This document shows positions 13,101 to 25,450 of a DNA stretch of 64,000 nt, one piece after another (the stretch's first letter is position 1; each line of letters begins with the position of its first letter). The notes beneath the pieces were generated by a model. It was not told the DNA's origin and did no database searches. It was given only the letters and a program-made list of their open reading frames with translations. Source of the stretch: Paraspadella gotoi (lineage: Eukaryota; Animalia; Chaetognatha); the NCBI GenBank assembly GCA_051294375.1, contig CM119270.1, forward strand, positions 15,747,845 to 15,811,844, written 5' to 3'. Position numbers and translations under genes: made by a program.

Positions 13101-15253
13101 GATTTTGGGAAAATTTAACAGGAAGCATAAATTGTACTAAAAAATGTCCTATGGGAACATATGGTGACAGCGTTGGAGCATTCAATGATTCGAATTGTGT
13201 ACCCTGTGGTTTAGGAAACTTTTCTTCCTCTGATGGTCTCTCTTTCTGTCAAATGTGTGAACCAGGAACATTTTCCAATACATCAGGTCGTAGTTATTGT
13301 GACAATTGCAAACCAGGATTTTCATCATATATGTCATCTTCCTCGTGTTATAAATGTCCCTACCGAACATTTGCTCCAAATACTGGAAGCCCAGTTTGCA
13401 AAAATTGTTCAGAAGGATATTTTACAAATGTTGAGCAGACAGATTGTAAAATATGCACAAATGGAACATACAGTATTTTTGAAATCAATGATTGCCTAGC
13501 CTGTCCAACTGGGACATTTTTGGACAGAGAAGGAGGAAACAGTCCAGATTCTTGTAAGCCCTGTCCTATTGGAACATTCAATTCTAAAAATGGAAGCTCT
13601 GCTTGTAATCTTTGCCCTCAAGGTTTTTATGCCAATAGTGAGGGTTTAAGTATTTGCCATCCTTGTGGACTTGGCAAATTCTCGGATCAGGAAGGATCGG
13701 AAGAGTGCTTTGATTGTGATTTAGGAACGTTTTCCAATATCCAAAATGCTGTTATATGTAATAAATGTGATGCTGGTAGTTTTGCTAATAATACTCAAAC
13801 TCATTCTTGCCACTTATGTCCATTGGGTACATTTTCATCAAAAGAAGGAAGTTTTCAATGCCAACCTTGCTGGGTAGGCACTTATGCAGACTCTCTTGGT
13901 TTTACTCAGTGTAATGTTTGTCCAAATAATATGACTACAAACAGCACCGGTACCATCAACAGCACTGAATGTTTTTCTTGTCCAGCAGGCACATACTCAA
14001 AATACTCAATAACCGGTATCATTTGTAAAAATTGTAAAGTTGGAACTTACAATGATCAAGTTGGAGCAACTTGGTGCCAGCCATGCAGAGCTGGTTATTA
14101 TGCAGACATTGAGGGTCTTTCAGCATGTCTTCCATGCCCAGAAGGAACTTCTTTAGAAATTCGAGGTGGATCCAAGTGTCAGCCGTGCGATGCTGGTTCT
14201 TTTTCAGCAACAAAAAATTCAACCTCTTGTTTAGAATGCAAGGAGGGCACATTTAATAATTATCGTGGCGCTGATACCTGTATTCTCTCGCCCAAAGGCT
14301 CGTATGTGCCAGACCAGAGAATGCTTGAGCCAATTCTTTGCCCGATCGGCACTTTTTCAGATGAAGAGGGTGCATTAACATGTAAAGATTGTCCAACAGG
14401 AAGGACAACATCATCCACCGGATCCACAGCGTCGGATGACTGCTTTAGTGTGACCACCATCAGCGGAAAAACTTGTGCTACAGGCTCCAGGTGAAAAAAG
14501 GGATGATTCTTAAGATTTCATTATGTCAATAGTATACTGACTCGTCATGGTATAGCAAAACACTCACTCTCATTACCCAGTACCCACCTCAATACATCAG
14601 CACAACCCCGATGACGAGCGCCATAGGTTTAGGCCCCATTGGGGTACACTGCTAGCATGAGGGATGAGACGTCCTACCCACCTGTATTGACAGACAGCAG
14701 TTAAATTTGTAGTTTTAAACCAAGCAACTAAATGGCATAAATTTCTAGCGCATGAGAGGCACTAATATGCTTCAGTTGCCTCACTACTATTTGTAACCAT
14801 CTGTAAATGAATATATATCTATCACTATGTAAATGTTATTTAATTTATTCATTCTTACTTAGATGTCAATCTTGGGGAAGAAGTTATCACTGGTGCCGCA
14901 CAGGATTCGAATGGGACTATTGTTGCGCCGCTCTGCCCTGCGACTTTCACGGCGACGAAGTGACTTGGTGCTACATCGACGTCGCCGGAACGATGCGACG
15001 AACCTGCGTTGTCCCCTCGGCGTCTTTGGCGCTGTCAAGCGGGGTAATCGCTGGCATCGTCGTCGCCATGGTTGCGGTCATAATTGCGATCGCTGTCATT
15101 TGCGTTTATATAAAAAAGAAAAAGTCGCGAAGCGAAAGTCGGGTCGGCGTCGATGAAGACGTTGCGACAAGAGACGGTGTACGTCGAAAAGAGTTCAACG
15201 CTGCAAAAATGGAATTGGAAAATTTTCAAAATATACCAAAAAATGATAGATGA
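10197..15253 (+). CDS. Very large Cys-rich repeat membrane protein (GCC2/GCC3 / ephrin-receptor-like repeats); exons 10197-14490 and 14863-15253; WDYCC module, C-terminal TM helix and basic tail
   Basis: 4.3-kb open frame of CxxCPxG[ST][YFW] repeats with many NxS/T sites. AG|gtgaaa..cttag|A phase-2 junction joins it to RCQSWGRSYHWC..WDYCC..GVIAGIVVAMVAVIIAIAVICVYIKKKK. The ORF begins at GTG, and an acceptor ttatgcag| lies at 10196. Confidence 0.88.
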
Positions 15254-15495
15254 TTCTGTAGTTAGTTATTAAGTTTTATTGATCAGCGAATATAAATGAT
15301 TTTTTTTTAAATGTTTGAATGAAAAATATTTTATTTAACTGACTTAGATTTTGTAAAAAAAATGTTTTTTAAAAAAATATTGTAAAAAATCATTGCAACT
15401 TAGATGGTAACATTCGTGCAAAGTATCTACTAGCTCGTCTGAGAGATAATTTAACAATTGTTCCTTTTTATTTTCTGTATCCCATTTCAAGTTCA

Positions 15496-15825
15496 TTATT
15501 CAGTTCCTAGAAGCTTAAGAGGGCGTAACTTTATAAAGTTCCAATGCAGAACTTCTTTCAAGAACAAATGGTATTCGAAATTTTCACGTTTTAAACTTCG
15601 CCTCTCATACTTCAGTATATATTTGGCTTCAATAATATAATCAAGAGTCATAGTAACCAACAATTCAGTCCCAAAGTGCTTATAATGGAGGCTCATAGCA
15701 TTGGCACTATCGGTAACTTTGATAAATGCAGATAATTCTAAGCAGATAATTCTATCACTTATCATATCCTGCAGGGAAATACTACTGGCGGCCAAAGGAA
15801 TTTTTGACTTAAAATACCTTAAACC
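15496..15825 (-). CDS. Candidate terminal exon of an unidentified AT-rich gene
   Basis: Acceptor ccattttcag| followed by 109 open codons (GLRYFKSKIPLAASS..KLLGTE*). No family recognised; upstream exons not resolved. Confidence 0.3.
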   Translation of the reverse strand, partial: GLRYFKSKIPLAASSISLQDMISDRIICLELSAFIKVTDSANAMSLHYKHFGTELLVTMTLDYIIEAKYILKYERRSLKRENFEYHLFLKEVLHWNFIKLRPLKLLGTE

Positions 15826-16014
15826 CTGAAAATGGTTATATCAATATTATCAGAAGACAAATTAACATGAAGAAATAATCATTGAGGATTAGAATGAAAG
15901 CTTACATATCATCGATATAATGATTATCCTTCAATAATTATGATTATACTAATATATATAAGTATTTTTATAATAATATAATGATTATCCTATTATAATA
16001 ATATATATAGATAT

Positions 16015-16082
16015 TATGAAATTGGTGCAACCAATATAAAAATCATCCATCCATTTAATAAATAAGCGATCTTGCCCCTGAA
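16015..16082 (+). repeat. Fragment of dispersed repeat family A
   Basis: aaattggtgcaaccaatataaaaatcatccatccatttaataaataagcgatcttgcccctga matches 46010-46075. Confidence 0.7.
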
Positions 16083-18264
16083 TTATATTATAATAGTATA
16101 TACTGCATATATTTCTATAATTACACAACGATGATTATCCCACAATAATTAACGCTCATCACAGATAATATTTTATTACAGAGGATCTTTCAAAGGTTGG
16201 TGTCTCACAACAAATCCCGAATTTATTTGTTATATCAAAATTAATTTAGTACTTTTATTTAATTTGTTGTATCCAAATGCCCAAAGTTTTTCGTCTGCTG
16301 TTACCTTTACATTTTATTTCTAAAATAAACTAATAATTATAACTAACTATCTACATACATAAATGGCAAGTTTTCCATGAACTAATCAATCAAATCAATA
16401 TAAATCGAGTATTTCAAAAACAAAGCTCTTTTTATCAACTAATATATATTTTTTAAAGAACTAAAACCATTTTCAGCAATTCGGTCATAAACAGGAATGA
16501 CAGAACATGGCATGACATAACATGACATGACTAGCAACGATGAAAAAGGTTGCTCTCTGACTAATTCTAATTAATAAATATCTGATAATGTAAATAATCA
16601 AGAATTACATTGTCAATATATACAACAAAATTTTCAATAGTTCGTATCACTCCAAAAGTTAAACAATTCATTGTTCAAATAGTATTTTTGATAATATTTC
16701 TCCGAAATTCTTTCAATGTGAATGCCACCAAGAAATTTGATTACTTGTTAAAATATACGAATTTCCAACAAAATGGATAAAAATATTTCTTGGAGCACGT
16801 TTGAAACGAAGAAGAAATAAATAGAAATTTATTTAAACAAATTAAGCTTCTAATGATAATTGTGCTAAAAAAATTGACAGTAAAAAATTTAGGAAGCTCC
16901 ATGAAAAATAAAAACAATTTAAATGTATGAAATAGTGAACACTAAAAGCTTTGTTGGTCGACCTTCCAGTTTTTTTAAAAAATATGTTTTAGGTTAATTA
17001 AAAATAGCTTTAAATTTATCTGAAAAATTTTGGATAAAAATTGACTAGCTCTAGCAAGGCTAACATATTTTTTATTTCGGAACCTCTCTGACAATAATCA
17101 AAATTAACGTATAAAAAAAAAGTGGAAGATTTTCCAACGCAGCAAAATATCACGGATTCATTATGATAGGAGTATAAAATTTACTGCAAATATTTACAAA
17201 TAAATAATAAAAGTAGGAACCTGTTGAACCAACGTATCTGAATTAAAATTAATATATTTAAGAATCTAACGATTTTTAATATTATTAATCTTACCATTAA
17301 AAAATTTATAAATAATTCCAAGTTTTAAAATAGGTCAACATCATGTTATAAACTGGCATAAACTATTTTTTAAACTAAATTAAAAACCTAAAAATATTTA
17401 TAACATATAAAAGTATAAAATATATTTTCCAGTTTTGTAGCAAAATAAAGCGATTTATCAAAAGTTATCAAATTCTTTAAAAAACTTAGTTTTGATAAGT
17501 TTTAGCTACAGATTAGGGGCTGCAACAATAGCTTACTGACGCTGGCCTAGCTGGCTAAAACTACAGCCACGCTGCAATTAGCCATACAAACACCTGCAAA
17601 CCGCAATGTTTTTATGTAGAATTACAAGTCTAAATTTAAGAGACAAATTTAAAATATAAAAAACAATTTATTGGCTTTTAGCCGCCCCTTATAATGACGA
17701 TTTCGGTTTTATTGCAGAAAATAGTTTTGCACTAAACTTGCACTGTTTTCCTTTTAACTAGTATAATTTCATTAAAACTATATTGCTAAAAACCTTTAGT
17801 AAAATATTAATAGAAATACAAATACATTTTCTAGGACGAATGATGCAGCATTTTTCTGAAAAAGGTTCATCTTACTTTATCCCATGTACGGTAAAAATAT
17901 TTTTGCGGCATTATGTACCGACATTTAAATTTTAAAAAATGCTTAACTGTAGGGGGAAAACGAAAATACCCCTCATCATTAAGTTCCTACCAAAAAAAAA
18001 TTAGAAGTAATTCATTTCGATAATTCAAATTGATATTTAAGGGAAAAAAATCCAAGAGATTCCAACGACAATCCAATTGTAACTGATTTGACGAATGCGA
18101 AAATAACATTCGCAAATGCGACATAAAATTCATAATAATATTAATAATAATAATAATAATAATAATAGCTATAATAATAAGAAAACCAGCAGCGAATAAC
18201 GTCGCAACTTCGATGGGAGATTTTTGTAATGATAATAAAAAAAAAGATCGATCATCTTCGGATA

Positions 18265-19157
18265 TCATAAAAACGAATTATAGAAACTCTGAACTTCGTC
18301 GCTGTACGGAGTCGTTCGGTAGAAGTTGGTGGAAGTGGTTGAGCTGCTCAAGTAAACGGAAGAACCTGGTTGATTGGGCTGATGAAGATGTTGATGGGGC
18401 TGCCCGGGCTGATGATGGAACGGCGACGGCGTCGGGGACAGCTGAGTCGAGTGCTGGGGTTGCGGCTGCTGCTGATGCCACGAATTCGGACGCGGTAGGT
18501 GATATGAAGACGCGTGATTGGACGGGGCGCCGGAGGACGAGTTCCAACCGCTCGCGGATGAAAGGTCGGCGTCTCGAAACCGACGCTGCTCCGACGCCGT
18601 CGCCCTAAGCTGGTGTTCTTGCTGCAGGTGCTGCAGCTGCGTCGGATCGAAGGACATACCGAAGTCCGTGGACGCGAGTCTGGAGTGATCGCCGGTCGGA
18701 AGTGGATCGAAGGAAGGAAAGGGCGAATCCGGACGAAAAGAGGTAGAGGAGGGAAACGAGGAGGAAGGGTAGGAAAAGGAGGAAGAAGAGTGGGGGAAGG
18801 AAGGGGAGCAAGTTCGGAAAGAATTAGGCTCCTGAAGGGAGTTGGAGGAAGAGGAGCACCCTTTGAGAGGACTGAGGAGCGAGGATAGCGGAGGCGGCCG
18901 AAACGATCCAGAGGAGGAAGGAAATGAAGAAAAGGGATCCGGGCGGAGAGGGGCGTGCGGCGAGAAGGTCGTCGAAAACCCAGAAGAATCGTAAGGGATC
19001 GAATGACTAGAATCTTGGACGAAGGAACCTTTAGAGGGTCTGACGGCGGCGTTGGAAGAGGCCGCGGAGGCGGCGGCGCCGCTCTCCGTCGACTCTCCGT
19101 GAGTTTTCTCTGCGCCGCAGAAAAAGGCAAAAGCGGATTGAGTACAACTCGGCGACG

Positions 19158-19191
<34 letters not shown>

Positions 19192-19547
19192 AATGAGCGA
19201 TTGTTCGGATGAAGGCATTGGGGTGAGGCGAGGAGCGGCGGCGGCCGAAGCGGCGTCAGACACCGTCTCCGGCGCCGATGAAAGCGGAGGATGAGCGAAG
19301 TTTGTGTTCGTCGTCGTCGTTGAGACTAACGACGCCGCGGATTCTGACGATGACGCCGGAGCGAGAGCGGCGTCGACCGAGTGGACGAAAGGTTCGACGT
19401 TCGACGCCGAAACCTCGACTTCGGGAAGATCGAAGTCGAAGGCGTCGATGTCGGAGGAAGAGGAGGAGGAAGAGACGGTAGAGACTGGAGGAAGGACTAG
19501 ATCTGAAAGAGGAGAGAGACAGAGAGAGAGAGAGAGAGAGATGAGGG

Positions 19548-19586
<39 letters not shown>

Positions 19587-21231
19587 AGAGAGAGAGAGAA
19601 GAGAAGGAGAGAGAGAGAGTCTTTCGTCAAACTATCGGAGAGGCTGATTTAATAAACATTTGTTCATCTTTATAGATTGCCTTACCTTTTCCGTGATTGC
19701 TGACGAGTTTAGCACCATCGGCGGCAACGGCGGCGGATTGGCGGTAGCGGCGGGGTCGGCGGCGTCTGGAGTGTTGGCGGCGACCGGCGGGGATGGCGGT
19801 GGATCCAAGTCCGCCAAGGAGGCGCCGGCGGCGGCGCCCGAGAAAGAGGCCAGGTTCTTCGGTTGGGGCGGAGAGTTGGAGGATTGATTGACGGGAACTC
19901 CGTCCTCGATGAATTCTTGCTCGATGCGACGGAGTGTGTTGCAGATCAACACGGATCTAAAATTATGAGACGGTCTTGATATGGGTGATATTATCTCGAT
20001 AAATCTTATTGAATAGTAGTAATTAGTATTTTAATTAGTATTTTTTTTTCGAGAGTTAAAAGTATTTAAATCATTTTTATGAGCTGCTCAGAGGAACGCA
20101 ATGCAATAGAATAGTCGAGCATAGCTCATAAAATAATATAAACCTTTTCTTTTATGTTATAAAAAACCGACTAAACGTACTAATTTCTATAATAAACAAA
20201 CTACAAGAAGTTTCAACTTATTGCGTGTATGAAAGAATTTCCCAAAACTTAACGTAGACTCATCCACTCACCGTCGCAAATGCTTTTCCATGGTGGCGTG
20301 ACAGACTTGCAATTTGCACATGGACATGTTGAAGACGAGACGGCGTTGTTCCGAGTAGGCGGGGCTCGGGCGAGGCGGGCCCCAGGACGAGGCCGCGTCT
20401 TGCGGGGAGGACGGAGCGGATTCGGATAGAGTCGAGTTGGAGTCATCGCTGCTGGGTTGGATAGAGATAGAGAGGATTCGAGTAAATGTGTGTGTGAGAA
20501 AGTGAGAAAAAAAGAAAGAAAGAAAAAAAAAAGAATTTAAAAAAAAATGTAATAAATGAAAAGAAAAGGAAAACTGAAAAATAAAGCTAAGAAATGGAAA
20601 AAAAAACCAAACCATCTATCCATCAAATCAATCAATCAATCAATCAATAAATAAATCAATTAATCAATCAATTAATCACCAACCTGCACCCAGAGTCCGA
20701 ATCCGAATAACCCGAGTCGTCGAAAGAGTCAGAGTTTTTCCTCTTAACGCCGGTTCGCGGCGCCTTGGCGCCCTTCGACGCCGCCTCCGCGGCTTCCGGC
20801 GTCGCCGACGGAAAGTCTCCGACTTCGACGGCGCCGGAAGACGAAACGTCGGCCATGAGGAAATCGTCGTCGCCGGCAACCGGAAACGACGTCGGCGGCG
20901 TCATGAGTTCGTCGGCGTCGAGAGAGAAAGCGGCGCCGATTTTCTCCGTCGACTCGACGCCGAGAATCGTCGATGACGTAGTCGTCGTCGTCGAGAGAAA
21001 ACCGGAAGCGACGAGGGAAGACGACGACGACGGAGACGACGACAACGACGACGTCATCGGCGCCAGAAACTCTTCCTCGCGAGGAGGCGACGTCAGCGTC
21101 AATGACGTCAAGAAAAGTTCGTCGTCGTCGTCGATGACGGGACGCGGCGCTGGCGTCTCGGCGTCGACAACGGATTTCGTCGTCGCCATGGAAACCTCGA
21201 TGTGACGCGGAATGACGTCGCAAGCGGACAT
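18265..21231 (-). CDS. SERTAD: SERTA-domain transcriptional cofactor (SERTAD/CDCA4/taranis-like); exons 21231-20684, 20451-20272, 19956-19686, 19502-18265
   Basis: Spliced YSEQRRLVFNMSMCKLQVCHATMEKHLRR|SVLICNTLRRIEQE matches the SERTA motif. The first two junctions are phase-compatible; the third is off by 1 nt (likely indel). The rest is low-complexity Ser/Pro/Gln. Confidence 0.85.
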
Positions 21232-21994
21232 TTTGTTTTTTTGTTTTGTTTTTGTTTGGAGGGAGAGAAGAGTTTTCGTTATTAGTGGATGACTAGAGGG
21301 AGACTCTACCTCGAGTTTGGAATAGAGAGAGTGTGAGAGAGAGTATCAGAGGGAGACAGAGTCGATGGGATTCGCGAGTAGGGGCCGACGTCGGCGGCGA
21401 CGCGAGCGGCGTCGCCCGGGAGGCGAATGCGGCGTCGTCCAAATCATCACATTTCCTCGATGAGATATTTTTTTTTTGCTTTTGAGAAGAGGACGTCTGT
21501 GAATGAAGGTGGAAATTTGGGGGGGGGGGAGAGGGGAGGAAGATAGAATGAAGATTATCGTTTTCAAAACATCACGAGTAAAAAGATGACAATTTAGGTC
21601 TGAGGTTAGTAATTACTTGATAGTACGTTCTAAGCAGGTTTTAGGATCTTTTTTTTTTTACCTAACGGCGCAAAGGGTTTTTGCCAGAACGTTTTATTCC
21701 TTATTCTTAAACGAATTGCACTTCATCAATATAAGAAATATCCGATTACTAGCACCATTAAAACGAAAATTGTGGAGTAAAAAGCAATTCTAGGTATTTA
21801 CTACTATTGTTTTTTTTTTAGATTGTAACCCGACCCGGGTCACACTAAGCTTCCCCGCATTCTTTTAGGATCGAGTTAGATTTTCCTATCTTAGACTATG
21901 CGTATAACAGTAAGCGACAAATACTAAATTATTCAAAATTATGTGACTATATTTCTTATAATTATAGGATATGATTAAAATTATGCTCTAAAAT

Positions 21995-22100
21995 AATATC
22001 TTGTAAGAGAGATGGAGGCCTTAAACCACCAAAGCCTTCCCAAAGTCAAGGGCAAAATAGCTTATTTATAATTTTTATATTGGTTGTACCAATTTCATAA
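21995..22100 (-). repeat. Dispersed repeat family A, inverted copy
   Basis: Reverse complement reads aaattggtacaaccaatataaaaatt..aataagctattttgcccttgactttgggaaggctttggtggtttaaggcctccatctctcttacaagata, matching 46010-46125. Confidence 0.75.
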
Positions 22101-22325
22101 CTACTTTTAGAACAGTAGCTAAAATAAAGTCAAAAACTCAATAATTGCTACAAACACAAACTATGCTAGCGTCTCTTGGAATAAGCAACGGTGGACAGTT
22201 AAAACAAACCTCTCAACTACGTTAGTTAATAGGAGGGAAATTTAAAAAACTGCAGCATGCAGCGGCTTGCGAGAGCAATGAGTGCGACCGGCCTCACCCC
22301 AGCCGCTAGCACAGTGATCAAAACC

Positions 22326-22750
22326 ACTTACACGCTCGTACACGCAGAAACTCGCACACTAACACACACACACACACTCCTGGGCTTCTCGGTTCAACTT
22401 CGATCTCAATTCTATTAAACAAAAAAAAAATTTAAATCTATTTTCTGTTCGCTGATTAACGTTAGCTTCTTGCACCCTGATTAGCTCGCGTTTTCGTCTT
22501 TCAGCCTCCCATTGGTTAAACGACTCGAATTTTTTTTTTCCTGCTTCTAAGTCAGTGAACCTAATTCTCAATTCGCGCGAACCGGAGCCCGATTGGCCCG
22601 ACTAGGCCAACGTCCGAACCTCATTGGTCGAGTCAAGTCCTCTCGACGAATATCGCGGGACTTTTCTGTTCGCGAAGTAGATTGAAATGACGTCATGGAG
22701 ACAAACTGAGCGTTGATTGGAGGACGAGAGAGGTAGAGGCTCGGCCAATC
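22326..22750 (-). promoter_or_regulatory. Putative proximal promoter and 5'UTR exon of the SERTA gene (CCAAT cluster plus CRE)
   Basis: ATTGG at 22511, 22592, 22623, 22716; CCAAT at 22745; TGACGTCA at 22688. Minus-strand donor gtaagt at 22331-22326; matching acceptor ttcacag| before 21496. Confidence 0.5.
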
Positions 22751-23637
22751 GGAACGTCTCTGGGAAAATCGGTGAGGCGATGTGAGGTTAACCCCAAATC
22801 TGTTTGACCTCTGGAGATTCGGAGCTTTCAACGTTGGTCTTATGGAAAGCATGATATCTTCGTTAGCGATTGAAGTCTGGACACTCATTATGGATGCGAA
22901 TTCTACGTAGAACAGTTGAATAAAATAAATCGTTGGCGAGGAGAGAGAGAGAGAGAGACAGAGAGAGAGAGAAGAGGAAAAAAAAAAGTCGTTCTCTGGC
23001 GCCGGGAAAGGGTTGATGGTGGTGAGTTCCGTCCGCGCGAGCAGAGATGAGGGGGGAAAGGGGGGGAAAGGGGAACTATGGGGGGAATAAGCGGGGGAGT
23101 CCAGGGGGGGATGAGAAAAGGAGGGAGTAAAGATGAGGAAAGCGGGAGTGAGGGGAAGAGAGGCGGGCGGCGCAGAGAGATAGATTGGGCAAGTAAATAT
23201 AGATTTCTGATTGGATAGAGCTTGAGAGTGAGGCCTGCGGTTAAATTAAAATAACTATATTCTTATATATTAATTCCTTCTTAATTAATTATTAATTAGG
23301 AAGGAAAATGATGAGGCGATTGGGACAAAGAGGAGCAGAAGGGTTGCTAGGGAACAAAGAAGAGAGGTTGCTGGAGAGAAAAGAAAAGAGAGGTTGGAGG
23401 GAAAAGGAGAAATGTTCCTAAAGAGAAGAGGATAGAAACAAAAAGCAAAAAATAAGAAAAGGAGAGTGTTAGGAAAAAAGAAACTTAAAGATAGAAAAGG
23501 AGATGAGGGACAAAAGCGAAAAGGAGAAAGATTGTGAGAGAGAGAGAAAAATAGAGAGCGGTATAAAGATAGAAAGAGGTTACAAAATAGAAAAGGAGCT
23601 TGGTCGAAGTGGAGAAAGGGAGAAAGACAGAAAAGGA

Positions 23638-23647
23638 NNNNNNNNNN
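23638..23647. other. Assembly gap (10 N)
   Basis: N run. Confidence 0.99.
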
Positions 23648-24389
23648 GAGAGAGAAAAAGAGAGTGGTGAATAGAAAAAGGGTATGTAGTAGCGGCTCAG
23701 TATGGTAGGAAAGAAAAAGGGGAAAAAAAGTAAAAAAAGAATTTCGAGATAGGGACGTTTAGATAAAAGGAAAGAAAGAAAATATATTAACTTCGTTGGG
23801 GGAGGGAGAGGTTGGGGAGGCGATACGGCAAACGGGGAGAGGAAGGATAAAATATATGGAGAAAGTAGATTGAGCTGCGGGGAGACGAAGTAGACAAGGA
23901 GAAAATGAGAAATAGACACGGGTGAAAGGGAGAAAGGACAATTGAACTTGCAAAGGGGGAAAAAGAAAAAAAAAATTAGTAGAGAAGAGGGCGAATATGG
24001 AAAGGGTTCACGGGAAGTGAAAAGAAGGGGGAGAAAAACAGAATCGAAACGTAAAACTTTTAAATGAAATAACGTTGGGCTAATTGCTCCGCTTTGACAA
24101 TGTAAGGCTTAATAAGAAATAGGCAATGGACTAATTGGGACAATCAATGTAAAAAAAATTATCCATTCACTTAATAAATAAGCTATCTTGCCCTATCTAT
24201 GCTATCTATCTATATAAAAAAGGATGATAGCTAATCGCAACGAATTTACTATTACTTTGTAAAAACTATAATCGCTGAAATACGTACGAAAAAAAAGAGA
24301 CTGAAATTTAAATTAAATTACAAGATCAGTTATCAACCTTGATTAAGGAAAAGATTTTTCCAAAACTTATAAACAAACAAGATAAAAAG

Positions 24390-24421
<32 letters not shown>

Positions 24422-25450
24422 AGAGGAAAAGAATGGCAAGAAGGAAAGAGAAGAGTGAAGAGAAAAAACGAAAAAAAAAGGAAAAAAGAGAACAAGAATA
24501 AAAAAATGAATTAGAAAGCATGGAAAAAAAAGAAAGAAAAAAAGAAAAAAAGGAAAAAAATAGAAGAATAAGGATACTGAGTAGTAGGAAGAGGAGGTAG
24601 GAAAGAGGAGGAGGGAAGAGGAAGGGAGGAAGAGGAAAGGAAAAAAATGAAAAGATAACGGCAGAGGAGGAGGAGAAAAGTTGGTTAATCCCCGTCAAGG
24701 TGGAACGGGAGAGAGCTAGATTTGAGGAAAGAGAGAGCGTTTGTGGCGATGGTGGTGGGAGGTGGCGATGGGTGAACGAGGAGGAAAGAGGAGGAAGAGG
24801 AGGAGAATAGAGAAAATGAGGGAAGAAGGAAACAAGCAGAGAGGAGAGAGAGTTAGCGCAGCGGCGGAGAGAGAGAGAGAACTAGCGAGCCGAGAAGAGC
24901 AAGAGAGAGAGAGAAGGGAGAGAGAGAAAGTGAGCGAGGGAGAGAGAGAGCAAGATCCAGCGAGAACAGAGAAGAGAGAGAGGAGAGAAACATAGCGAGC
25001 GAGTAGCGAGAGAAGAAAATCAGAGAAAGAGAGAGAGAGAGAGAGCATTTTTTATGAGGCGGAGAGATGAGAGAGGGAGACAAGAGAAAGTAAATGCGGA
25101 GGGAGGGGAGAGAGACGAGAGAGAGGAGAGAGGAGCAGAGAGAGAGGAGAGAGAGAGAAAGGGAAAACGAGACAGAGAAGAGAGTGGAAGAGAGAGAGAA
25201 ACAGGAGGAGAGAGAGAGAGAGAGAGAAGAGGAAAATAGAGAGAGAGAGAGAGAGGAGCGCAGCAGAGAGAAGAGAGAGAGAGAGACCGAGAGCCCAGAG
25301 GAGAAGTAGAGGAGAGAGAGAGAGAGAGGAGAGAGAGGAGAGAAAGAGAGAGAGGAGAGAGAGAGAGAGAGAGAGAGAGATAAGAGAAAGAAAGAGAGAG
25401 AGTGAGAGAGAGAGAAATCGAGAGAGAGAGAGAAGCGAGAGAGAAAGAAA

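Noticed and set aside
17513-17692. Possible MITE (ttaggggctgc..gccgcccctta)
   Set aside because: Terminal repeats are short and imperfect, with a single copy in the window.
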